DNA of 61,697 bases from positions 1 to 61,697 of the IMG/VR virus record IMGVR_UViG_3300002485_000002. One strand, 5' to 3'. A program made the translations under genes and the position numbers. Shown one piece after another: positions 26,587 to 35,684 of the stretch (the stretch's first letter is position 1; each line of letters opens with the position of its first letter). The DNA is from a virus. Taxonomy: Duplodnaviria > Caudoviricetes. The notes under the pieces were generated by a model. That model was not told where the DNA came from. It saw nothing but the letters and a program-made list of their open reading frames with translations, and did not search any database.

Positions 26587-27290
26587 GCCCTCACCTCCCA
26601 CGGCAACACATCCCGCATCTCATCCCACAGCCATCGGTGAGCGTCCGCGTGTGTCTGCTCATCGGTCAACCCGCGCTCCCGAAGCCAGTCTTGGTAGGCA
26701 GGCTTGGTAGAAGTCTGCCCGCCTTTGTGCAGGCACGAGACGCCGACCATGCGGATGCGATAGCCCTGACGGCGGGCGACACCGCAGAGCCAGTAGTCGT
26801 AATTATGGAAGATCAACTTGTGAACCGGCCACCCAGCCCACTGCTTCATCCCGTCCTGGTGCCACGCTCTCTCCAGGATCACCCGGCGAACAATCAGAGC
26901 GAAGCCATCAAGCACGGCCACGTCGCACGCGCCGGTGAATCGCTGGCCGTGCTGTTCGGCGTCTGTAGTATTCGAGAGGTATCCGTAGCGAGCGAGGTTC
27001 TGCAAGCGGTAGGGCGAGCGGTAAAGGTCGGGGCTGCCATGTCGCAAAGCGCCGCCGAAACCGATGAGGCCGACCGAAGGATCGGAAAACTCGGCCAGCA
27101 CACGCTCGGGCCAATCAGGATCGTAAATCTCCACGTCGTTATGCAGGTAAGCCAGAATGTCGGCCTTAGCTACCTCAAGTAACTCTTGGTACATAGCAAC
27201 CACCGACCCGACTCCCGTTACAAAGTACCGATCATCTCCAGGCCCGCTAACAGGTTCGGAAGGACAGGCCATGCAGACTGTCATGGTCAC
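26583..27290 (-). CDS. Glycosyltransferase, GT2-like
   Basis: YLHNDV, G.IG..G, AVLDG, FHNYDYW.C. Confidence 0.85.
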   Translation of the reverse strand: MTMTVCMACPSEPVSGPGDDRYFVTGVGSVVAMYQELLEVAKADILAYLHNDVEIYDPDWPERVLAEFSDPSVGLIGFGGALRHGSPDLYRSPYRLQNLARYGYLSNTTDAEQHGQRFTGACDVAVLDGFALIVRRVILERAWHQDGMKQWAGWPVHKLIFHNYDYWLCGVARRQGYRIRMVGVSCLHKGGQTSTKPAYQDWLRERGLTDEQTHADAHRWLWDEMRDVLPWEVRA

Positions 27291-28462
27291 TTCAGGCCCT
27301 CCAGAAACCACTTCTTCCAGCAGCCTTCCCACAGCCGGGGCCATTGAAGATGCTCGACGATACCGACTGCACGCTCAGGGTCGCGCCAGCTCGATTCGGC
27401 CAGCACCTTCTGAATGCAGGCGCTCCAGTCGGCAGGCTCAAACACCGGACGGAGCAAATTGTAGGGGCCGTCGAGGCGATAGCTGACGGGGCGCACGAGC
27501 AGGTCGTCGTCGTTGCGCAGCAGGCAAGCGCCGCCGCCGTAGTCGCCGTGAATAACCGGGACGCCGCAAGCCAAGCTCTCAACGATCGGATAGCCGAAAC
27601 CCTCGCCGAGCGACGGCAAGATCGTCAGGTCGCAAGCTGAGTACAGATAGCTCAACTCCACGTCGTTCTTGGTCTCTGACATCGTGACTCGAACAACGTC
27701 TGCCAGCCCGAAATCTTGGATTAGGGCATAGATCGACCAAGCGCGGACCATCGCATCGACGTGAACCCAAAAACGCAAATTCTGAATCTTGGAACGCAGG
27801 TCAGCGACGGCGGCGAATGCGAGGCCCCAGTCCTTCCGGGTCTGATTGGTCATGACGCAACCAATCAGAATGTCGTGCGCATGAATGCCGAGAGTCATCC
27901 GACCGGGAGCACGCTCGCGGGGCGAGAAGGATGCAGGGTCATATCCGTGCGGCAGCCAGTCTACCTCTGTGCCGAGCGAACCGCTAAGAATACTGGCTCC
28001 CCAGGGCGTATAGGCCAACCGGCGGTTGAAGCCTCTGACGGCAGCGACCGCGAGGCCGGTTAGGCGGTCGCCGGGTCCGGTTGCATCGACCGGGAAGTAG
28101 CCCCAGCGGCGGAAGGGCGGGCGGCGGAGGAAACTGAATGTCTGTTGATCGAACGCCTCTGGCCGGGGGTCTACCAACCAATGCAGGCGGACCGGGTCCC
28201 AGATCGTCATGAGAATGCCAGAATCGCCTTTGGAGAATTCCCGCCAGACCCGTTCCAGGTGTTGCTCACCCCAGTCCCAGCGCTCATCGAAAGTGTATTG
28301 ATGGAAAGGGAGCTGGCTGGAACCGCAGCCGCCACGCCCTAGGAACCCGACACGAAACTCGGGGAGTGACGATACGCGGACGGCCAGATCGCGGCTGATG
28401 CGTCCGAGGCCGGTCTGGAGGTCGGGGGAGTCGCCAAGAAACAGGATAGGAGTAGGTTTCAC
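27287..28462 (-). CDS. Glycosyltransferase, GT4 family
   Basis: TGLGR, PHG.D, NQ.RK, PSLGEGFGYPIVESLACGVPVI. Confidence 0.92.
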   Translation of the reverse strand: MKPTPILFLGDSPDLQTGLGRISRDLAVRVSSLPEFRVGFLGRGGCGSSQLPFHQYTFDERWDWGEQHLERVWREFSKGDSGILMTIWDPVRLHWLVDPRPEAFDQQTFSFLRRPPFRRWGYFPVDATGPGDRLTGLAVAAVRGFNRRLAYTPWGASILSGSLGTEVDWLPHGYDPASFSPRERAPGRMTLGIHAHDILIGCVMTNQTRKDWGLAFAAVADLRSKIQNLRFWVHVDAMVRAWSIYALIQDFGLADVVRVTMSETKNDVELSYLYSACDLTILPSLGEGFGYPIVESLACGVPVIHGDYGGGACLLRNDDDLLVRPVSYRLDGPYNLLRPVFEPADWSACIQKVLAESSWRDPERAVGIVEHLQWPRLWEGCWKKWFLEGLK

Positions 28463-28463
28463 G

Positions 28464-28829
28464 TCACCGCCTTGCTTCTTCTAGGCATCTCAGGGTCTCC
28501 AGTTGTCTTGCCAACCGTCGCCGCTTGATCCCCTCCAGCGTCAGGTAGTCGTGAATCACAGCGTCCAAGAGCATCAGGTTCTGCGGGCAGTTGTGCGCCC
28601 GGCGCTGGTCGATGTGGTGAACGTGGAAGCCTGCGGGCAACCCATCGCCATTCAATCGGGCCTTCAGCCACTCCGGGCAGAAGATTTGTAAGGAAACACA
28701 CATAACCACACGATGCTCGTATCGGTGCCGGTTCGGGCCAGCGGTGAGCCGAACATAGCCTTTGGCCGTCGTAGTATGCCCGGAATGGCCGTTTCGGGGC
28801 TGTTTTATAACGCCCGTGTCATATTTCAC
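28464..28829 (-). CDS. HNH endonuclease
   Basis: GYV...EHRVV...VHHID....N...NL....H. Confidence 0.85.
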   Translation of the reverse strand: MKYDTGVIKQPRNGHSGHTTTAKGYVRLTAGPNRHRYEHRVVMCVSLQIFCPEWLKARLNGDGLPAGFHVHHIDQRRAHNCPQNLMLLDAVIHDYLTLEGIKRRRLARQLETLRCLEEARR

Positions 28830-28832
28830 AGC

Positions 28833-29270
28833 TCACGCCTTCCCGTGCATTTCTAGGCCCAATTGTTGCGTTCTAGGTGTACTTCCAGCGATTCTCCGGG
28901 CTGCCCTAGCCGCCGCAAGGCGTTCCGCGCCGGCCACAGCCTGGCTCTCGGACAGTACTCGCCGACGCTTGACTCCTGCCAACTTGATCGCGGCCTTGGG
29001 AGGTAACCCCCAAGCCTGAAGGTCCTGCGCTCTGCGCCCCTCCGGGGTCCGTGAGATGTCGCCTTGCCAGAAAGTTCCGTCGCCTAGTAGGTTTCGGACC
29101 AGTTCCCGTAGACGCCGAGGCTGCACGGGCCGAGCATTCAGCATCATCAGGCATAGCCTGCCAGCGTCACAATACAGGTGACCTCGCCGCCCGGGGATGA
29201 TCGGATCGCCGCACTCGTCGCGGCGGATCTTCAAGCGATAACGCTCGGCGAGGGATTCCAGGGCAGTCAT
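28833..29270 (-). CDS. Hypothetical protein
   Basis: GAGGTGAG RBS. Confidence 0.65.
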   Translation of the reverse strand: MTALESLAERYRLKIRRDECGDPIIPGRRGHLYCDAGRLCLMMLNARPVQPRRLRELVRNLLGDGTFWQGDISRTPEGRRAQDLQAWGLPPKAAIKLAGVKRRRVLSESQAVAGAERLAAARAARRIAGSTPRTQQLGLEMHGKA

Positions 29271-29276
29271 GTTTTC

Positions 29277-29882
29277 TCACCTCAGAGCGAGAAGCGCCTT
29301 ATATTTCCGCAAGTGCCTTAATCCGCGCGCCTCGATCATCCGCACACGCTCGCGCGTGACATTTAGATCACGACCGAGTTCCTCAAGGGTTTTCTCCTCA
29401 CCATCAAGACCAAAGCGCTGGCGAATGACTTTCTCCTCTCGTGGGGACAATCGAAGGAGTGCTTTATCGATACACAACTGGGTATCAATCAGTTCATCTG
29501 GCGGCGGCACTGTCAGATTCCGAGCCGCTTCGAGCGGCAAGAACATCTCGGCATCGACATGGTAAGCGCAGAGTTTCGGCCAGCGCTGCGCGTACAATTC
29601 AATGGGGAACAATTCACTGACGGGCATATCCAGGACTTCCGCAATCTTGAGGGCAGTTTCTGTAGCCTGGGCAGTTCTCGCCCTGTAAGGCGACTTCGCT
29701 AGACGTAACAGTTCTCGCAAAGTCTCGGCAGAGACACCTGCAATTTGCGCGGCAACCGGAATGGGCGATCTGAGGCCAGCCCTACCTTCAAGCAAGAGCC
29801 TGGCCGTCTTGCCAAACCGATCCCGTAACGCCTGCCAGAGCACGGCGTTTTTGAAGCGCAATTCAACACGAAGGCTCTTCAC
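29277..29882 (-). CDS. HTH domain fused to sigma-70 region 4
   Basis: [15 protein letters not shown]...[27 protein letters not shown]; N-terminal [17 protein letters not shown]. Confidence 0.85.
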   Translation of the reverse strand: MKSLRVELRFKNAVLWQALRDRFGKTARLLLEGRAGLRSPIPVAAQIAGVSAETLRELLRLAKSPYRARTAQATETALKIAEVLDMPVSELFPIELYAQRWPKLCAYHVDAEMFLPLEAARNLTVPPPDELIDTQLCIDKALLRLSPREEKVIRQRFGLDGEEKTLEELGRDLNVTRERVRMIEARGLRHLRKYKALLALR

Positions 29883-30072
29883 GGCTCATCCCCAAAATCC
29901 GCAGGCAGCAATCCCCCGGCAATCTTATCCTCCGCGGTCCGGTCAGACAGGTCCTTATCGTCCCCGCAAGCGAGCGCCCGGAAGCCCTCATTGAGTCGCC
30001 GCTGTAGCCGCCAGTCGCCTCCGGGTGCGCGGCGCGGGTCCGTCCAGTCGGGATTCCAGTAAGGCGAATCGC

Positions 30073-30471
30073 TCATTCCGCCTCCGAGTCTCTGTAGGGA
30101 AGCCGCGTAGCCATCACACGGGCGCCTGGGTGGCAAACGCACCGCTCTACGCACTCGACTCCGTACTTGGTTACAGGCCGCCAGCCTGTGCTGTCGCACT
30201 GCGGGCAGTGCGGTTGCTGCTTTGCCGGTCTCAGCCGATGTCCGGCCCTCCAGGCGTCTGCTTGCGATGGGCAAAATTCAACCTCGTGTAATACGTCCGT
30301 AACCCACTGCCGGAGCGCGTCGCCGCCGCCGGCAAAACTGAAAGCACCTTGTAGCGTGTCGATGAATTCGCGCTTCGCCTCCTCAGTCTCAGGATAGCCT
30401 CGCAGCCCCGATAGCCGGGCCATTTGCTCAGAGCAGAATTGGCGGTCGGGTATGGCTATTGAATTATCCAT
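30073..30471 (-). CDS. Replication-module protein with CxxC..TGW..C.C knuckle (helicase-loader-associated, inferred)
   Basis: Position after the initiator; motif. Confidence 0.5.
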   Translation of the reverse strand: MDNSIAIPDRQFCSEQMARLSGLRGYPETEEAKREFIDTLQGAFSFAGGGDALRQWVTDVLHEVEFCPSQADAWRAGHRLRPAKQQPHCPQCDSTGWRPVTKYGVECVERCVCHPGARVMATRLPYRDSEAE

Positions 30472-30638
30472 CTCCCCCCTACTTTTTTTGAATACCGCAA
30501 GCTGCCGCGCCGCGCCGCTGCTACCAGTTTGTCGAATTCCCTCTCAAGTTGAGCCTTGAGAAGCAAGTCTTTTTCTTTTTCGTTATGAATGCGCTCGATA
30601 GATCGAACGATAAACTGTTTGCGTTCCCTGAAAGTCAT
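30456..30638 (-). CDS. Hypothetical protein
   Basis: ATGA coupling. Confidence 0.5.
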   Translation of the reverse strand: MTFRERKQFIVRSIERIHNEKEKDLLLKAQLEREFDKLVAAARRGSLRYSKKVGGRWIIQ

Positions 30639-31426
30639 AACCGCCTCAACCTCTCCACTTCGGAGTACTCTCGCTTATCTGAAACCGCCTCGCCGAAAGT
30701 GCCCTCCCACATGCCGTCGCGGAGGAAGTTCTCCAGGCTCACGACTACGCCCCGGCTGACCTCGGAGGAAAGTTTGTACGCCTCGACGCCAGCAAGAATT
30801 CTCGCCTCGGTTTGAACGTCTTCGCACCGCGAGAGAAAAGTCTGACAGGCTAGGTCTGGTTTCCTGATCCTCGGGGCGATCGGTTCCCGCTGGCAAGCGG
30901 CAACCAGTCGCTCCCATCCGGCCCGTGGATCGTAGCCGTTTTTCGGCGCAAGCGCCGCCGCGAAATGCTCTCGCGCGCGCGTAGAGGTTTTTCGCTCATC
31001 TTCAGGTTTTCTTTTCAGGAAAGACACAGACACAGAGTCAGAATCAGACGCGGTGCTTAAGGGGGGCTTACTTAAGTTCTTGATTCTTCTAGCATTAACC
31101 ATTCCACCCCTGCGCCCATCTTCGATTGATTTTGTTTTCTCTCGTAGTTTCTGCTTCCGCATAACGGCCAGTTTTCGATTGCGATACCTCCCGTTTTTCA
31201 GGTTGAAATGAGGGAATACCATCGGCCCGGCGGCGCTGAGTTCCGCGATAGAAAAATTGGTCATCCTTGCCAGCTTTTCCGGGTCATTCGGAATGTACCC
31301 ATCCTTCCATTGGTACATCAGCAAGTCGAGGTAAATTGCCCTGGCCGTTGCGGTCATGGTCAACCGCGTCGGGGATGTGAGCCAATCATCCACGTATAGC
31401 GGCATGAACGGCAGCACCGCCATCAT
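30635..31426 (-). CDS. Replication initiator-like protein (YdaU/DUF1376-type N-terminus)
   Basis: LPFMPLYVDDWL...IYLDLLMYQW..G.IPND..KLA...YRN.KL; C-terminal ENFLRD..W. Confidence 0.8.
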   Translation of the reverse strand: MMAVLPFMPLYVDDWLTSPTRLTMTATARAIYLDLLMYQWKDGYIPNDPEKLARMTNFSIAELSAAGPMVFPHFNLKNGRYRNRKLAVMRKQKLREKTKSIEDGRRGGMVNARRIKNLSKPPLSTASDSDSVSVSFLKRKPEDERKTSTRAREHFAAALAPKNGYDPRAGWERLVAACQREPIAPRIRKPDLACQTFLSRCEDVQTEARILAGVEAYKLSSEVSRGVVVSLENFLRDGMWEGTFGEAVSDKREYSEVERLRRL

Positions 31427-31463
31427 CGCCACCAGCGTTTTGACTTGTCGGATTGTAACAATA

Positions 31464-31512
31464 GCCCCTCCTAGCAAGGGTGTGGGAGCGGTGCTGCTAG
31501 GCCACCGCCCCC
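31464..31512 (-). promoter_or_regulatory. Predicted H-type pseudoknot overlapping the SD upstream of the initiator gene
   Basis: 10-bp stem GGGGGCGGUG/CACCGCUCCC; loop CCUAGCA pairs with UGCUAGG. Confidence 0.6.
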
Positions 31513-31564
31513 GGTGACCTTCTTCGGTTACTACGTCTAGGGGCCGTCGCCGCCAGACATGAGG

Positions 31565-31593
31565 ATTATCCGCCATCTTGCAGCCCGTGTCAA
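31565..31593 (-). promoter_or_regulatory. Sigma70 promoter TTGACA-17-GATAAT
   Basis: Near-consensus, intergenic. Confidence 0.7.
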
Positions 31594-31602
31594 GAGAAAA
31601 GT

Positions 31603-31815
31603 TCACGGCAGCAACTCGATCGACCGATGCTCTCCCACCGTGCGCCGGAGCCAGCCTTTCTTTTCGAGTGCACGTAAAACCAGCGTGATGTAATTCAGGG
31701 ACCAATCGCACCGCTGTGCGATTTCGGCAATGCTCGGCGAACGCCGCTGCTCCTGGAAGTAGCGGACAACTTCAGCGAAGACTCGTTGTTGTGAGGGAGA
31801 CAGGGGCAAGGGCAT
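31603..31815 (-). CDS. LexA-type winged-HTH DNA-binding protein (no protease domain)
   Basis: LSPSQQRV...PSIAEIA...L.ALEKKGWL.R....RSI. Confidence 0.8.
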   Translation of the reverse strand: MPLPLSPSQQRVFAEVVRYFQEQRRSPSIAEIAQRCDWSLNYITLVLRALEKKGWLRRTVGEHRSIELLP

Positions 31816-32171
31816 CAGTAGTACTGCCTCCCATACCAATCTCTGAACTGCTTCATGCTGTCGCACCAGATGGCCTTATAGCGTTCGCGTATACGCTCGG
31901 CAAGCCACTCTGTTTGTTCAGTGTTCGGCTTCTGGCCTTTTCGTTTCAGCTCCAGGAAGAAGCCGTCAAGTTTCCCGAACGATGCGGGCCGAATAGCCAA
32001 AATATCGGCGGCGCCGATTTCGCCCATGCGTTGACGCCCCCGCAGCCCCCGTGGCCGGTGGCGGATGATGCGCCAGTTTCTCTCGTGCAGGAAGTCGAAA
32101 ACCTGCTTCTCCAGATCGGCTTCAACCAGCAGGCTGTCCTTCGGGTCAATCTTCGATGGTCGTTTCGGCAT
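31815..32171 (-). CDS. VRR-NUC domain nuclease
   Basis: EADLE...GAADIL...FLELKR...Q..W. Confidence 0.85.
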   Translation of the reverse strand: MPKRPSKIDPKDSLLVEADLEKQVFDFLHERNWRIIRHRPRGLRGRQRMGEIGAADILAIRPASFGKLDGFFLELKRKGQKPNTEQTEWLAERIRERYKAIWCDSMKQFRDWYGRQYY

Positions 32172-32390
32172 CCAGCACCGCCTCCACATTTTTCCATTGC
32201 AAGGCGAACGCAGCTATAGCTGCATCGAAAGATCGCTTAGCCACGAGTCGATCACCTGAGAGCCAACCAGGAGAATCTTGTACGGCTTGATAGTGTTCTT
32301 GAGCATAGCGAATCCGCTCAATAGCGCTACGAACGAGACTGCGTAGCGCCTGCATGTCCGTTCGTCTTCGAGCATCACGTCGAATACGTT

Positions 32391-32630
32391 TCACGATTTC
32401 CTCCCCAGGATGATCTGCTGTTCTCTCGACGCGTATTGCCGATTGCGCACTCGTTCGCCTTCGAGGAGCGCGTCGAACATCCGGTTTGTCCGCTGCATGA
32501 TCCGCAGGGCGGTACACGCCGCCGCCAGCACCTCAGCTCTCGCTACATCATTCGGCAACGCCCGCAACAGAGCGATGATCTGCTCACGGGTCTCCTTACG
32601 CTTTTCTACCCGCTTCGATCCGCGAAACAT
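32391..32630 (-). CDS. Hypothetical protein
   Basis: TGATG-coupled; similar helix pair in 38032-38220. Confidence 0.5.
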   Translation of the reverse strand: MFRGSKRVEKRKETREQIIALLRALPNDVARAEVLAAACTALRIMQRTNRMFDALLEGERVRNRQYASREQQIILGRKS

Positions 32631-33172
32631 CAGCCCTCCGCTTTCTCGAATTGCCCGTTGGCGTTGAGCCGATACCAAACATGCGGCTCAAGGCATCCTT
32701 CGCCGGGGCCGGTTCGGGAACAGCGCATCTCTGAGCGCTGATCCGATTCGTTCCACCAAGCGAGAGCAATACATCCAAACTCGCCAGCTTTTGCTCGTGA
32801 TTGTAGACCAGTACAAACGGCTGCTGACGATAATCCGCTGGCCGCCGCGCTGGACCTGTCGCCGCTGGTCGCCGCGCTGGACCTGGCGCCGCTGGCCGCC
32901 GCGCTGGACCTGTAGCCGCTGGCCGCCGCGCTGGAACTGTCGCCGCTGGTCGCCGCGCTGGACCTGGCGCCGCTGGTCGCCGCGCTGGACCTGTAGCCGC
33001 TGGCCGCCGCGCTGGACCTGTCGCCGCTGGTCGCCGCGCTGGACCTGTCGCCGCTGGTCGCCGCGCTGGACCTGTCGCCGCTGGCCGCCGCGCTGGACCT
33101 GTCGCCGCTGGCCGCCGCGCTGGACCTGTCGCCGCTGGCCGCCGCCCGCTTCTTTTTTTGTTCGTCGCTCAT
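32630..33172 (-). CDS. Protein with 9-aa SSAAASGDR repeats and C-terminal WYRL...G.F domain
   Basis: AAGGAG RBS; recognisable phage repeat-protein tail. Confidence 0.75.
   Translation of the reverse strand: MSDEQKKKRAAASGDRSSAAASGDRSSAAASGDRSSAATSGDRSSAATSGDRSSAAASGYRSSAATSGARSSAATSGDSSSAAASGYRSSAAASGARSSAATSGDRSSAAASGLSSAAVCTGLQSRAKAGEFGCIALAWWNESDQRSEMRCSRTGPGEGCLEPHVWYRLNANGQFEKAEG
32835..33145. repeat. 27-bp coding tandem repeat, ~11.5 copies
   Basis: Unit CCGCTGG(C/T)CGCCGCGCTGGA(C/A)CTG(T/G)(C/A)G on the plus strand. Confidence 0.95.
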
Positions 33173-33211
33173 GCCGTTCGTTCTCCTTTTTTCAGACTGC
33201 TAACTCCTCAC

Positions 33212-34036
33212 TTATGGCAGCCCGGAAATGGGCGAGGGTCTATCCTCTCCCGGCTCTCGCTCCGTTCCCCGTTCCAGCTTCGTGCAGATTTCCTCGTACT
33301 TGTCGATCGTTACTTCCGTGCTGTGAGCGAAGCCGTACCGCGCCAGCAACTTCTTCATCTCGTCATCGGTCCAGCCAGCCTTTTTGCCGATCGCGTACAT
33401 ACGTTTGCGTCGGGGGTCGCTGATGACCGCGGGTTGACCACCGCTGCTAGGTGGCGGTGGCTGTTGACCGGGCGTAGAAGGCGCGCCCATTTCTTCGGCG
33501 CTGACTTCACCCGCGCCGATCGCATCACTGATGGCTCGATTCTTCGCCCGCGTGTGCGCCGTGGCGGGAATGTCGCCCGGATGCGCCCAATGCTCGCGTC
33601 CATCACATCCAAACTTGCAACACGTATGGCTACTCCATTCCTCTCTCTTGCAGGGGCGTCCGGCCGCTGCCGGGCAGCAGCGCTCTCCTACGTGGCACTC
33701 ATGGTAGCCGGTGGATCGTTTCCCTTGGCGGGAATAGATGACAGACCAAGCCGTTGCGAACTGCGGGAACCCGTCAGGGAAGCGCACAACTTCGACCCGT
33801 GAGGCTGCATCGTCCTCAGTCAGACCGTAGAAGGTCATGTACTTTCTCCAAGCTGATTTCTTTTTGAAGCGTTTGTCTCCGATCTTCTGATAGTCAGCGG
33901 GTTGGAGGATCGCCGCCGTGAGCGCTTGGTACTCCCTCCATGCCTGGAGCGCCTCTGTGGGCGATACCAATGGGCGCAAGAGAGCCGTTGCGCCTTCCGG
34001 TTCTATCACCGCCAAATCTCTTGTTTCGTTTTCCAT
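33212..34036 (-). CDS. Putative single-strand annealing / recombination protein
   Basis: DYQKIG..F.KKSAWRK, ATAHTRAKNRAISD.IG.GEVSAEE; next to an exonuclease. Confidence 0.65.
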   Translation of the reverse strand: MENETRDLAVIEPEGATALLRPLVSPTEALQAWREYQALTAAILQPADYQKIGDKRFKKKSAWRKYMTFYGLTEDDAASRVEVVRFPDGFPQFATAWSVIYSRQGKRSTGYHECHVGERCCPAAAGRPCKREEWSSHTCCKFGCDGREHWAHPGDIPATAHTRAKNRAISDAIGAGEVSAEEMGAPSTPGQQPPPPSSGGQPAVISDPRRKRMYAIGKKAGWTDDEMKKLLARYGFAHSTEVTIDKYEEICTKLERGTEREPGEDRPSPISGLP

Positions 34037-34149
34037 TTTTCTCCCCCTTCGCAACCGCTCCTTTACTGATTTCGGGTTCTCCGAAGTCATCAATATCCCA
34101 GTCTTTGTCATACTCTCGCAAGAGAAGATCATCCATGCCGCTCATCGGA

Positions 34150-34797
34150 TCACCTCACTCTCTTTCGGACTTTCTTATCCAGGTCGTATGCCCGGCGCAG
34201 GAGCAGGAACATTTCCTCGGCAACATCAAGTTGCATGAAATATCGCTGCTCGAAATCGGCCTCCTCCTTGCTGAATCGCACGATCTGATAGCCCTCGATC
34301 GGCTCAGCAGGCCGGTTTTCTTTCCACAGGATGTCGTAGGCCGCAAGCTGTAGCAGGTGCTCGGTGTAAATCGCGCCCGAAGTTTTCCAATCGCCTAGTA
34401 GCCGCCTGCCGCCCACGAGCACCACGTCCAAAGTCCCGCCAAAACGATGTTGTTCCGAGACAAGCTGCACTTCGGTTACCAGCGGTTGAAGTCTTGTTTG
34501 CGTGGCCCACTCATTATACATAGAGTAGGCTTGACAGGCTTTGTTTCTAATCTCGGGGGGCGTATCCTCGGGGACGACGAAGCGCTTACCGCGAATTTCC
34601 GCCTCGACCATTGCGTGAGCAAGAGTACCTGCATCAGCCGCCGCGTCTCGCGTCTCGCGGTAGTCCCGCCCGGCGCACCCTTCTTCCCACGCCCAATGGA
34701 GCAACCCGCCCATATCCTTGAATCGCCCCAGGATCGTAGTCACTCCCGGCACGCGAGCGCCGTCAGAGAGGAAATAGCCCCGCTTAGGGGTTGGCAT
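34150..34797 (-). CDS. PD-(D/E)xK (Cas4/RecB-like) exonuclease
   Basis: VPGVTTIL, GTLAH, E..L, FGGTLD, DWKTS, QLAAY. Confidence 0.88.
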   Translation of the reverse strand: MPTPKRGYFLSDGARVPGVTTILGRFKDMGGLLHWAWEEGCAGRDYRETRDAAADAGTLAHAMVEAEIRGKRFVVPEDTPPEIRNKACQAYSMYNEWATQTRLQPLVTEVQLVSEQHRFGGTLDVVLVGGRRLLGDWKTSGAIYTEHLLQLAAYDILWKENRPAEPIEGYQIVRFSKEEADFEQRYFMQLDVAEEMFLLLRRAYDLDKKVRKRVR

Positions 34798-34871
34798 CAG
34801 GGTTGCCCGTAGCCGTCGCCGGAGCCGGAGCCGGAGCCGGAGCCGACGATAACGTAAGTGTTCTTCTTCAT
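34797..34871 (-). pseudogene. 24-aa remnant MKKNTYVIVGSGSGSGSGDGYGQP
   Basis: AAGGAG RBS; TGATG coupling to the exonuclease; GGCTCC repeat. Confidence 0.5.
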
Positions 34872-34900
34872 CTTTTTCGTTCTCCTTTTTTTCAAAATCA

Positions 34901-35224
34901 CTAGACCCCACTCGGGAAGCGATCCTGGTGCGGCTCTCGCTCGGGAGGATCGCCTTCGCGCTCAAGCCGCCGTCGCTCCTCCGCAACACACGCCGGGTGT
35001 ACCCATCCGCTCCATTTGCCGATCCCCCAGGGCACACTCGGGATTTCATGGTGTTTATCCGGGCCGATCTTCTGACAGATACGACAGCGGCGTTCGTTGC
35101 ATTCGGCGCAGAATTTCACCATGTACGGCAGATCGCAGTCGGTCTTGCGGCACTCATAGGGTCCGCAGATCAGGCAGTCGTGCTCATGCGGGGCGAAGCC
35201 GCCAGGTCGGACGTTGTCAGGCAT
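34901..35224 (-). CDS. Cys-rich hypothetical protein
   Basis: GGAG RBS; multiple CxxC. Confidence 0.5.
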   Translation of the reverse strand: MPDNVRPGGFAPHEHDCLICGPYECRKTDCDLPYMVKFCAECNERRCRICQKIGPDKHHEIPSVPWGIGKWSGWVHPACVAEERRRLEREGDPPEREPHQDRFPSGV

Positions 35225-35684
35225 TGATGCTCCCTTCTCGGGGTGCGGCTAGTGCGGCTAGAAGGCGTTTCCCAACAGTGTAATGTTCTCGGGCCAGCAC
35301 CGCCTTGATCGCATATTCAATTTCGGTTGCCAGTAGTTTTCGCTGGCCCACTGTCAGATGATTGTTCCAGGAGTTTGCGACATCCCTAGCGATCCTGGCG
35401 ACGGACTTTTTCCCGACGTCAGTTGTCATGTTTTCCCCCATTCCTTGTGCCGCGATCCGAACCTGTCGCGGAACTCCCGCAAGATCATGCGACCTTCTTG
35501 ACGCTCAATTACGGTATCCGCTTTCCAGGCTCGCTTTTCAAGCCACTCCTCAAACTCACGGAGCGCCTTGATGGTCGGTCGCTTCATGGTCTTGTCTTCC
35601 GTTTCTCTCGCCGTGCCCGCTCGACTTCCAACTTGACCGCCTCCAGCGCGGGGGTTTCTCGGCTAACGGTACGGGCGAGGCGGG

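Noticed and set aside
32835-33145. CRISPR array
   Set aside because: Contiguous 27-bp units with no unique spacers; they encode an in-frame 9-aa repeat.
34150-34797. cas4 of a CRISPR system
   Set aside because: No Fe-S cysteine set, array or other cas genes; context is a recombination module.
34798-35049. RLRLRL-rich N-terminal extension of the exonuclease in the ORF track
   Set aside because: Off-frame reading of the GSGSG mini-ORF; the real start is the coupled ATG at 34797.
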